Shown here piece by piece: positions 20,102-28,146 of a stretch of 64,000 bases of DNA; position 1 is the stretch's first letter, and every line of letters starts with the position of its first letter. The position numbers were made by a program, and so were the translations under genes. Source of the stretch: an uncultured Chloroflexia bacterium. Lineage in GTDB: Bacteria; Chloroflexota; Limnocylindria; Limnocylindrales; CSP1-4. The stretch is from positions 384,001-448,000 of the forward strand of contig CAVVNQ010000015.1 in the NCBI GenBank assembly GCA_963749705.1, written 5' to 3'. The notes under the pieces are model-generated. The model made no database searches. It had not been told where the DNA came from and saw only the letters and a list, made by a program, of their open reading frames with translations.

Positions 20102-21778
20102 ATGAGGCGCGCGGGTCCTCGCGGCCGCCTGGTGCTGGCAGGCGCTGCCCTGATGCTCCTGCTGATCGCCGCGGCCGCCATCCTCCTTCCCCGCCTCGGC
20201 GGCGGCGCGACCCCGACCTCGGCGCTCGGAGCGCCGCAGTTCGTCGAGGAGACGGCGACGTCGGGTGTCAGCCATACGTTCGGCGGCAGCGACACCTCGT
20301 ACATCGGCGGTGGGGTGGCGGTCCTCGACTGCAACGACGACGGGATGCCCGACCTGTACCTCGCCGGCGGGGGCAACCCGGCGGCGCTGTACCGGAACGA
20401 CAGCCGGCCGGGCGGGAGCCTCGCGTTCTCACCGATCGTTGATCCCGTGGTGAACGTGCAGGACGTGATGGGCGCGTACCCGCTGGACATCGACGGTGAC
20501 GGTCGGGTGGACCTGGCGGTCCTGCGCGTCGGCGGGGTGGACCTGCTGCGCGGCCTCGGGGACTGCCGGTTCGCGCGTGCGAACGACGCCTGGTCGTTCG
20601 CCTCGCCCACGGACTGGACCACCGCGTTCAGCGCGACGTGGGAGGGGAACGCAGCGCTGCCCACGCTGGCATTCGGCAACTACGTCGGCCTGGATGCGCA
20701 GGGCAACGCGACGTACAAATGTCCGGACAACGAGCTGTATCGGCCGAGCCCGGGCGGAGCGGGCTACGCACCCTCGATTGCGCTCGCGCCCGGCTACTGC
20801 GCGCTGTCGATGCTGTTCAGCGACTGGGACGGCTCGGGCCGCCGGGACCTGCGCGTCAGCAACGATCGCCACTACTACGACAACCGGGTCGGCCAGGAGC
20901 AGCTGTGGCGGATCGAGGCGGGCCAGCCGCCGCGGCGGTACACGGCCGCCGACGGGTGGGTCGAGCTGCAGGTCTGGGGGATGGGGATCGGGAGCTACGA
21001 CGTGACCGGTGACGGCCTGCCCGACGTGTACCTGACCAGCCAGGGTCCCAACATGCTCCAGACGCTGCTCGCAGGGGCGGGTGTCCCGACGTATCGGGAC
21101 ATCGCGATCAAGCGCGGCGTGGTGGCGACGCGGCCGGCCGCCGGGGGAGACCCGCTCCCGTCGACGGCGTGGCATCCGGAGTTCGACGACGTCAACAACG
21201 ACGGGTTCATCGACCTGTTCGTGTCCAAGGGCAACGTGAGCGAGGAACCTGACTACGCGTCGCGTGACCCCAGTGACCTGTTCCTGGGCCAGCCCGACGG
21301 GACGTTCGTGGATGCAGTGGCGCAGGCGGGCATCCTCAACTATGACCGGGGCCGCGGCGCGGCCCTCGCGGACTTCAACGCCGACGGCCTGCTGGACCTG
21401 GTCGAGGTCAACCTCGACGCGCCGGTTCGCCTCTGGAGGAACGTCGGCGAGGGCACGGCCGACGATCCCCGTCCGATGGGCGGCTGGCTCGGTGTGCGGG
21501 TGCACCAGCCGGGCCCGAACCGCGACGCGATCGGTGCGGTGCTCGAGGTCAGGGCGGGGGAGTCCGTGATGCGCAGGGAGCTGGTCGTCGGCGGCGGGCA
21601 CATCGGCGGCCAGCTGGGCTGGACCCACGTCGGCGTCGGGCCGGCGGCCACCGTCGACGTGCGCGTCACCTGGCCGGACGGCGAGACCGGGCCGTGGATC
21701 CCGGTGACCGCGAACCAGTTCGTGGACATCGAGCGGGGGAGCGACACGGCGACGCCGTGGGTGCCGCCGGGCGGCTGA
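20102..21778 (+). CDS. CRTAC1-like FG-GAP repeat / ASPIC-UnbV domain protein
   Basis: Signal/TM segment; repeated DxNxDGxxDL Ca-binding loops; RGAALADFNADGLLDL; NRDAIGA...HVGVG...VRVTWPDG C-terminus. Confidence 0.88.
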   Translation: MRRAGPRGRLVLAGAALMLLLIAAAAILLPRLGGGATPTSALGAPQFVEETATSGVSHTFGGSDTSYIGGGVAVLDCNDDGMPDLYLAGGGNPAALYRNDSRPGGSLAFSPIVDPVVNVQDVMGAYPLDIDGDGRVDLAVLRVGGVDLLRGLGDCRFARANDAWSFASPTDWTTAFSATWEGNAALPTLAFGNYVGLDAQGNATYKCPDNELYRPSPGGAGYAPSIALAPGYCALSMLFSDWDGSGRRDLRVSNDRHYYDNRVGQEQLWRIEAGQPPRRYTAADGWVELQVWGMGIGSYDVTGDGLPDVYLTSQGPNMLQTLLAGAGVPTYRDIAIKRGVVATRPAAGGDPLPSTAWHPEFDDVNNDGFIDLFVSKGNVSEEPDYASRDPSDLFLGQPDGTFVDAVAQAGILNYDRGRGAALADFNADGLLDLVEVNLDAPVRLWRNVGEGTADDPRPMGGWLGVRVHQPGPNRDAIGAVLEVRAGESVMRRELVVGGGHIGGQLGWTHVGVGPAATVDVRVTWPDGETGPWIPVTANQFVDIERGSDTATPWVPPGG

Positions 21779-21795
21779 TGCGCCATTCGAGGTGC

Positions 21796-22029
21796 CTCGC
21801 CGCGTGGTTCGCCGCCGCCGATTCGCCGCGGATTCGCCGCGTGCTGACTCGCCGTACGCGTCAAATGTCGGACCGGCGCCCTGTGATCGAGCCCCGAAGG
21901 ACCGTTCCCGGCCCTCCGCCTGGGCGCTGAGCCTCCAGTTGACTCGCCGCGTGCGTCAGCCGCCGCGCGCGGTTCGCCGCGCGTGGTTCGCCGCGTGATC
22001 CGCCGCGTGATCCGCCGACGTTCACCACG
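21796..22029. repeat. Two clusters of short degenerate repeats with core (T/C)CGCCGCG
   Basis: Units such as gttcgccgc, gattcgccgcg (x2), gactcgccg (x2), gatccgccg (x2); about 12 copies at 21796-21857 and 21941-22029. Confidence 0.65.
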
Positions 22030-22042
22030 AGGCCGCGCACGT

Positions 22043-22071
22043 TTGCCCCTTCCGAGTGCGCCTGATATCCT
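22043..22071 (+). promoter_or_regulatory. rpsO promoter
   Basis: TTGCCC-17 bp-TATCCT with extended TGn motif. Confidence 0.6.
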
Positions 22072-22125
22072 CCGCCGGTCAAAGAAGAGGAATAGGTTCA
22101 GATTCAGTTCGTGTCGGAGGATCGA

Positions 22126-22395
22126 GTGCCGCTCGCGCGGGAGAAGAAGCAAGAGGTCATCGAGTCGTTCGCCGTCAAGGACGGTGACACCGGCTCCCCA
22201 GAGGTCCAGGTCGCGCTCCTGACGGAGCGGATCCGGGACCTGACGGAGCACCTCCGCAGCTTTCCGAAGGACAACCATTCGCGCCGCGGCCTCCTCAAGC
22301 TCGTGGGACAGCGCCGGCGCCTTCTCGCCTACCTGGTGAAGAAGGACGCCACACGCTACCGGGCCGTCATCGGCTCGCTCGGACTCCGCCGCTAG
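22126..22395 (+). CDS. rpsO: 30S ribosomal protein S15
   Basis: [41 protein letters not shown]. Confidence 0.98.
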   Translation: MPLAREKKQEVIESFAVKDGDTGSPEVQVALLTERIRDLTEHLRSFPKDNHSRRGLLKLVGQRRRLLAYLVKKDATRYRAVIGSLGLRR

Positions 22396-22408
22396 GATCC
22401 GCCGCTTC

Positions 22409-22436
22409 GAGGCCCCGGGTGTGATCCCGGGGTCTT
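22409..22436 (+). terminator. Hairpin between rpsO and pnp
   Basis: GAGGCCCCGGG-tgtgat-CCCGGGGTCTT. Confidence 0.55.
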
Positions 22437-22520
22437 GCGCATCCGGCCCCCTTGCCGCCGCCCGGCCCCATTCGCCCCAGGTCGCTCCCACCCCGTCACG
22501 ACCAAGGAGGTCGTTTACAC

Positions 22521-25106
22521 GTGCCCACACCCACCACGCTCGAGATCGAGTTCGGCGGTCGTACGCTCATCCTCGAGACCGGCAGGCTCGCCGGCAATGC
22601 CGGTGGCGCCGTCACGGCCCGCTACGGCGACTCGATGGTCCTCGGGACCGCCAACCGCTCCCAGCCGCGGCCGGGCCTCGACTTCTTCCCGCTCACCGTG
22701 GATTTCGAGGAGCGGATGTACGCCGCGGGCAAGATCCCGGGCGGCTTCATCAAGCGCGAGGGCCGCGCATCCGAGGCTGCGACGCTCGCGGCGCGCCTCA
22801 CCGACCGCCCGATCCGCCCGCTGTTCCCCGAGGGGTACAAGGATGACGTCCAGATCGTCATCACGACCCTGTCCACGGACCAGGAGAACGAGCTCGACGT
22901 GCTCGGCACGATCGCTGCGTCGGCGGCGCTGACGATCAGCGAGATCCCGTTCCAGGGCCCGATCGGTGCGGTCCACGTCGGCCGGATCGACGGCGAGTTC
23001 GTCCTCAACCCGACCACCAGCCAGCTCGCGGAGTCGGAGCTCGACCTGATCGTGTCCGGCACCCGCGACGCGATCATGATGGTCGAGGCGGGCGTCAAGA
23101 TCCTGCCCGAGGACGTGATGGCCGAGGCGATCATGTTCGCCCACCGGTCGATCGCCCCGCTCATCGACATGCAGGAGGAGCTGCGCGAGAAGGTCGGCAA
23201 GCCCAAGCGCCTGCCGTACCTCGAGCCGCTCACCGACTCCGTGCTCAAGTTCGCCGAGCGGGCCCGCGCCGGCGGCGAGTTCGTCGTCGTCGACGTCGAG
23301 ACCACCGGCACCGACCCGCAGCTGGCCGACCTCGTCGAGGTCGCCGCCGTCCGCGTCAAGGGCGGCAAGATCACCGACCGGTGGTCGACCTTCGTCAACC
23401 CCGGGCGCCCGATCGTCGGCAACCAGATGCACGGCATCACCGACAAGGACGTCAAGGGCGCGCCCAGCCCGGCCGAGGCGGCCCGCAAGGCGCTCGACTT
23501 CGTCGGCGGCGCCCCGCTCGTCGGCCACTCGGTCGGCTTCGACATCGCGTTCCTCGAGGAGGCGCTGGGCGACGGCACCCGCATCGAGCAGGGCACCTAC
23601 CTGGACACGCTGGTCATCGCTCGCGAGGGATACCCGGATCTCGAGAACTACAAGCTCGGGACCCTGGCGGCGTTCTTCGGCATCGAGCTGACCGCCAGCC
23701 ACCGCGCCCTGCCGGACGCGGAGGCCACCGCCAACCTGCTGATCTGGTTCGCCAAGGACCTCCCCGGCCGCATCGACACCCTGGCCGACGGGATCGCGAC
23801 CGCGGTCCGCGCCACGCGCAAGGACAAGGACGAGTCGGCGAAGCTGCTCGAGGCCGCCCGCCGCAACGCGCGCTTCAGCAAGAGCCTGTTCGGGCTGGTG
23901 CAGAAGAAGACCGTGCGCAAGCTCGTCCTCGACGAGGGCGTCCGGATGGACGGCCGCGCGCTCGATGAGATCCGCCCGATCTCGGTCGAGGTCGGCCTCC
24001 TCCCGCGTGCCCACGGCTCAGGCCTGTTCACCCGCGGCCAGACGCAGGCGCTGACCGTCGCCACGCTCGGCGCGTCCTCGGACGTCCAGCGGATCGACAC
24101 GATCAGCCCCGAGACCGAGAAGCGGTACCTCCACCACTACAACTTCCCGCCCTACAGCACCGGCGAGAACAAGCCCATGCGCGGCCCCAGCCGGCGCGAC
24201 ATCGGGCACGGCAACCTCGCCGGACGAGCGCTGCTCCCCGTCCTGCCGAGTCAGGAAGAGTTCCCGTACGTCATCCGCCTCGTGTCCGAGGTGGTGGCCG
24301 GCAACGGCTCGACGTCGATGGCCTCGACCTGCGGCTCGACCCTCGCCCTGATGGACGCGGGCGTGCCGATCAAGGCGCCGGTGGCCGGTGCGGCGATGGG
24401 CCTCGTGCTCGACGCCGAGACCGGCAACTTCGTGGTCCTCACCGACATCCTCGGCAAGGAGGACTCGATCGGCGACATGGACTTCAAGGTCACCGGGACC
24501 ACCGAGGGCATCACCGCCCTCCAGATGGACATCAAGGTCAAGGGCATCGACGAGCGGGTCATCCGCGAGGGGCTCAAGCAGGCGCTCGCCGCCCGCCTGT
24601 TCATCCTCGACAAGATGACCGCGGTGCTGCCGAGCGCCCGCGAGGAGATGTCCGACTTCGCGCCGCGGATCATCACGATCAAGATCAACCCCGAGAAGAT
24701 CCGCGAGATCATCGGCAAGGGTGGGTCGATGATCCGCAAGATCCAGGAGGAGACCCAGACCGAGATCAACGTCGAGGACGACGGCACCGTGGAGATCGCG
24801 GCCGTCTCCGGCGAGAACTCGCGCAAGGCGATCACCTGGATCGAGAGCCTGACCCGCGAGGTCGAGGTCGGTGCGCTGTACCTGGGCAAGGTCACCCGGC
24901 TGATGACCTTCGGCGCGTTCGTCGAGATCCTGCCGGGCAAGGAAGGCCTGGTCCGGATCGGCGAGCTGGCCGACTACCACGTGCCGTCCGTCGAGGACGT
25001 CGTGTCGGTCGGCGACGAGGTGATGGTGGTGGTCATGGAGATCGACCGCCAGGGCCGCGTCAACCTGTCCCGCAAGGCCGCCATGCAGCGGCATCTCGCC
25101 AAGTAG
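22521..25106 (+). CDS. pnp: Polyribonucleotide nucleotidyltransferase (PNPase) with an inserted DEDDh exonuclease domain
   Basis: DFFPLTVD, AAGKIPGGFIKREG, DRPIRPLFP, HGSGLFTRGQTQ, SRRDIGHG, DMDFKV, KH (IIGKGG) and S1 (FGAFVEI) domains; 861 aa with a DnaQ-like insert at 23280-23750. Confidence 0.97.
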   Translation: MPTPTTLEIEFGGRTLILETGRLAGNAGGAVTARYGDSMVLGTANRSQPRPGLDFFPLTVDFEERMYAAGKIPGGFIKREGRASEAATLAARLTDRPIRPLFPEGYKDDVQIVITTLSTDQENELDVLGTIAASAALTISEIPFQGPIGAVHVGRIDGEFVLNPTTSQLAESELDLIVSGTRDAIMMVEAGVKILPEDVMAEAIMFAHRSIAPLIDMQEELREKVGKPKRLPYLEPLTDSVLKFAERARAGGEFVVVDVETTGTDPQLADLVEVAAVRVKGGKITDRWSTFVNPGRPIVGNQMHGITDKDVKGAPSPAEAARKALDFVGGAPLVGHSVGFDIAFLEEALGDGTRIEQGTYLDTLVIAREGYPDLENYKLGTLAAFFGIELTASHRALPDAEATANLLIWFAKDLPGRIDTLADGIATAVRATRKDKDESAKLLEAARRNARFSKSLFGLVQKKTVRKLVLDEGVRMDGRALDEIRPISVEVGLLPRAHGSGLFTRGQTQALTVATLGASSDVQRIDTISPETEKRYLHHYNFPPYSTGENKPMRGPSRRDIGHGNLAGRALLPVLPSQEEFPYVIRLVSEVVAGNGSTSMASTCGSTLALMDAGVPIKAPVAGAAMGLVLDAETGNFVVLTDILGKEDSIGDMDFKVTGTTEGITALQMDIKVKGIDERVIREGLKQALAARLFILDKMTAVLPSAREEMSDFAPRIITIKINPEKIREIIGKGGSMIRKIQEETQTEINVEDDGTVEIAAVSGENSRKAITWIESLTREVEVGALYLGKVTRLMTFGAFVEILPGKEGLVRIGELADYHVPSVEDVVSVGDEVMVVVMEIDRQGRVNLSRKAAMQRHLAK

Positions 25107-25125
25107 GCAGCCCTCGCATTCGCAC

Positions 25126-25160
25126 GACGCGCCTCCGGATCCCGGAGGCGCGTCTTGATT
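25126..25160 (+). terminator. pnp terminator
   Basis: GACGCGCCTCCGG-atc-CCGGAGGCGCGTC followed by TTGATT. Confidence 0.75.
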
Positions 25161-25194
25161 CGCCCGGCCGGTGGTGCGGGGTGGGGTCGGCGGC

Positions 25195-25235
25195 GCCTGC
25201 CAGGTGTCAGTGCCTGCCAGGTGTCAGTGCCTGCC
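25195..25235. repeat. 17-bp tandem repeat, 2.4 copies
   Basis: gcctgccaggtgtcagt gcctgccaggtgtcagt gcctgcc. Confidence 0.85.
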
Positions 25236-25376
25236 CGGCGAGGTCGACGTGACCCCGCTGGAGAGGCAGCGGGACCAGATCGAGCCGCCGCGTGGTCGGA
25301 TCGATGTCCCGCATCGCCTGCCACACCGATGGCGCCCTGAGGCCGAGGTCGGAGCGCTCTGGTACGCCTCGGCCGC

Positions 25377-26270
25377 TCAGGGATCGAACCGGATCGAGTC
25401 GATGACGTCCTGGAGCGCGGCCACGTCCCGGGCAGATGCCGACGCAAGAGCGTGCCCGACGACGATGACCGGATGGCCGGCGTCGACGACGTAGAACCAG
25501 AGCGTGTCGCCGGGGGCTGGCGGATACTCCGCGTCGTAGTTCCGGTTGAGGAACTGCAGTCGCCTGCGGTCGCACAGGTGGGATGCGAGGTCGGCCGGGA
25601 TCGAGGTCTCGACCAGCGTGGCCGGTGTTCCGCCCAGAGACACGGCACGCGGCGCCGTCACGTGCATGCCTGACTGGTTTGCCAGAGCATCCGCAAGCTC
25701 CCGCGCTGTCGGCATCGACTGCCACACGTTCGCCTTCCAGTGACACGGGTCGGCGTTGACCTGGTCCACGAACTGCCGGAGCTCGAGCATGACCGTTGCG
25801 GATGTGCCGTCGTTGGGACCGTTGAACACGATGCCGTCTCCGCTGTACCAGCCGGCGGGAACGGTGAGGCGCATCTGCGGCCAGCCCCGGTAGCCGGCCA
25901 GACCCGCCACGTATGTCCCCGGCTCGAGAGGCGCGCCAGGATAGGGGTTGGCAGACGGCAACGGGATGGGGGTAGGCGCCGCAGTCGCCGTCGCCGTGGT
26001 CGTCGGCGATGGCGATGCGCCGGTCCCGAAGCCGGGCATGCCGGGCAGGAACCCGAACGCGATCGTGACCGCCAGCGCGACGGCGGCCACTGCCAGCATC
26101 GGGCGTCGGCCGGGCATGATGACCGGCGCACTCCACGGGCCGACAGGGATGCGCTGTTGCGTGCGCTCGGTTGCGGCACGCACCGACGCGTACGACCGCT
26201 CCGGCAGGCGGTCCACGCCTGGATCGAGGTAGGCCTCGATGATGTGCGTCAGGTCGCGTTCGATCGTCAT
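25377..26270 (-). CDS. Single-pass membrane protein, putative anti-sigma factor
   Basis: Overlaps the ECF sigma stop (ATGA); short cytoplasmic helix, TM, Thr/Pro linker, extracytoplasmic domain. Confidence 0.65.
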   Translation of the reverse strand: MTIERDLTHIIEAYLDPGVDRLPERSYASVRAATERTQQRIPVGPWSAPVIMPGRRPMLAVAAVALAVTIAFGFLPGMPGFGTGASPSPTTTATATAAPTPIPLPSANPYPGAPLEPGTYVAGLAGYRGWPQMRLTVPAGWYSGDGIVFNGPNDGTSATVMLELRQFVDQVNADPCHWKANVWQSMPTARELADALANQSGMHVTAPRAVSLGGTPATLVETSIPADLASHLCDRRRLQFLNRNYDAEYPPAPGDTLWFYVVDAGHPVIVVGHALASASARDVAALQDVIDSIRFDP

Positions 26271-26839
26271 GCCAGTCGCTCCGTGGGGATCGACGACAGT
26301 CGCGCGTCAGCCTCGAGGCTGGCGCGCAGCGCCGCCGTTGCGTGATGAAGCCGGGACTTGGCCGTTCCGAGCGGGATCCCGAGCCGCTCGGCCACCTCGG
26401 GCAGGGCCAGGCCGACGTAGTGATGGAACACCAGCACCGCGCGCTGCTCGACGGTGAGCCTTCGGAAGGCCCGGTCGAGCTGATCGCGATTCTCGACGGT
26501 CAGGATCCCGGTCGATTCCGCTTGGGCGTCGAGCGACAGCGCTCGGATCTCGGCCCGCATCCGCGTGCGCCGCCTGGCCTCCGCGTAGCACTCGTGGGTC
26601 AGGATGCGGTGGAGCCACGGCTCGAAGGCATCGGGGTCGCGCAGCGCCCGAAGCTGCCGCCAGGCGGCAATCAGGGCGGCCTGCACCGCGTCGTCGGCCC
26701 GATCGGCATCGCGCAGGATCCGGAACGCGATCGCCATGCACCGATCGCCCACCATACGGGCAAGGGCATCGAAGGCCTCGCGATCACCGGTCCTCGCACG
26801 TTCCACGAGCGCTCGCACCTGGCTCTCCCTCACCTCCAT
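26267..26839 (-). CDS. ECF RNA polymerase sigma factor
   Basis: ARTGDREAF, ADDAVQ, FEPWLHRI, region 4 EVAERLGIPLGTAKSRLHHA; start approximate. Confidence 0.92.
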   Translation of the reverse strand: MEVRESQVRALVERARTGDREAFDALARMVGDRCMAIAFRILRDADRADDAVQAALIAAWRQLRALRDPDAFEPWLHRILTHECYAEARRRTRMRAEIRALSLDAQAESTGILTVENRDQLDRAFRRLTVEQRAVLVFHHYVGLALPEVAERLGIPLGTAKSRLHHATAALRASLEADARLSSIPTERLA

Positions 26840-27011
26840 CCACCCTCGACCGGGCGGATCACACCAGGGAGTCCAACGGTAGGCGCAAAGGTTCAATCCT
26901 TGCGACCCGGGAACGCGAGTGCGACCCGTCAGGCACGTGGACGGCCGTTCGTTCGGTGGTGCGCGCCTCCGCAATAGGGCGGTCGCCCGGGGCGGAACGT
27001 CCGAGGCCCGC

Positions 27012-27020
27012 TGCTATACT
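27012..27020 (+). promoter_or_regulatory. Extended -10 promoter upstream of asd
   Basis: TGCTATACT, 7 nt before an in-frame GTG at 27028. Confidence 0.6.
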
Positions 27021-27060
27021 CGCGCCCGTGCCCGACAACCCGTCGATAGCAGGTCGGACC

Positions 27061-28146
27061 ATGCCCGGAACACGCCCCGAACCCCTCGTCGTCGCCGTCG
27101 TCGGTGCCACCGGCGCCGTCGGCCGGACGATGACCCAGGTGCTCCTCGAGCACGACGTCCAGATCCGCGAGCTTCGGCTGCTCGCGTCCGAGCGATCGGC
27201 CGGCAAGACCGTGACCGTCGGGGGCGAGCCGTACGTCGTGGGGCTCGCCACGCCCGAGGCGTTCGAGGGGGTCGACATCGCGCTGTTCAGCGCCGGTGGC
27301 GAGACCTCGAAGGTGCTGGCGCCCGAGGCCGCGGCCCGGGGTGCCGCGGTGATCGACAACTCCAGTGCGTGGCGCATGGATCCCGGCGTGCCCCTGGTCG
27401 TATCGCAGGTCAACCCGGACGACCTCGAGTGGCACGAGGGGATCATCGCGAACCCCAACTGCTCGACGATGCAGCTGATGCCGCCGCTGATGGCGCTCCG
27501 CGATGCGGTGGGCATCGAGCGGATCGTCGTGGACACGTACCAGGCCGTTGCCGGGACCGGCCACAAGGCGATCGTCGAGCTCGAGGAGCAGGTCCGCGCC
27601 CACGCGGAAGGACGGCCCAAGGTGGCCAGGGTTTACCCGCATCCGATCGGCTTCAACGCGCTGCCGCACATCGACAGCTTCCTCGACAACGGCTACACGA
27701 AGGAGGAATGGAAGGTCGTCGCCGAGAGCCGGAAGATCCTCCACCTGCCCGAGCTGCGCGTGTCGTGCACCGCTGTTCGCGTGCCCGTGTTCGTGGGCCA
27801 CTCGGAGGCGGTCCACGTCGAGACGCGCGATCCGATCACCCCGGCCGAGGCGCGCGCGCTGTTCGCCGCCGTCAAGGGGGTCGTCGTCCAGGATGACCCG
27901 TCGGCCAACGTCTACCCGCTGGCGACGGAGGCCGCCGGATCCGATGACGTGTTCGTTGGCCGGGTGCGGCAGGACGTGTCGATCCCGGGCAACCGCGGCC
28001 TCGCGTTCTGGGTCGTCTCGGACAACCTGCGCAAGGGCGCGGCATCCAACGCGGTCGAGCTCGCCGTCATCCTGGCCGAGCGCGGGTGGGTCCGGCGCTC
28101 GAGCGATCGCGTGGCCGTGGGAGCCTCCGGGGGGCGGCCCGCGTGA
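27061..28146 (+). CDS. asd: Aspartate-semialdehyde dehydrogenase
   Basis: VVGATGAVG, IDNSSAWR, IIANPNCST, TYQAV, GHSEAV, DNLRKGAA; alternative start GTG 27028. Confidence 0.97.
   Translation: MPGTRPEPLVVAVVGATGAVGRTMTQVLLEHDVQIRELRLLASERSAGKTVTVGGEPYVVGLATPEAFEGVDIALFSAGGETSKVLAPEAAARGAAVIDNSSAWRMDPGVPLVVSQVNPDDLEWHEGIIANPNCSTMQLMPPLMALRDAVGIERIVVDTYQAVAGTGHKAIVELEEQVRAHAEGRPKVARVYPHPIGFNALPHIDSFLDNGYTKEEWKVVAESRKILHLPELRVSCTAVRVPVFVGHSEAVHVETRDPITPAEARALFAAVKGVVVQDDPSANVYPLATEAAGSDDVFVGRVRQDVSIPGNRGLAFWVVSDNLRKGAASNAVELAVILAERGWVRRSSDRVAVGASGGRPA

Noticed and set aside
21796-22029. CRISPR array
   Set aside because: Units are 11-14 bp, degenerate and lack unique spacers; no cas genes.
23280-23750. 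PNPase insert as an intein or homing endonuclease
   Set aside because: No N-terminal C/S and C-terminal HN splice motifs and no LAGLIDADG/HNH; the motifs are DEDDh exonuclease.
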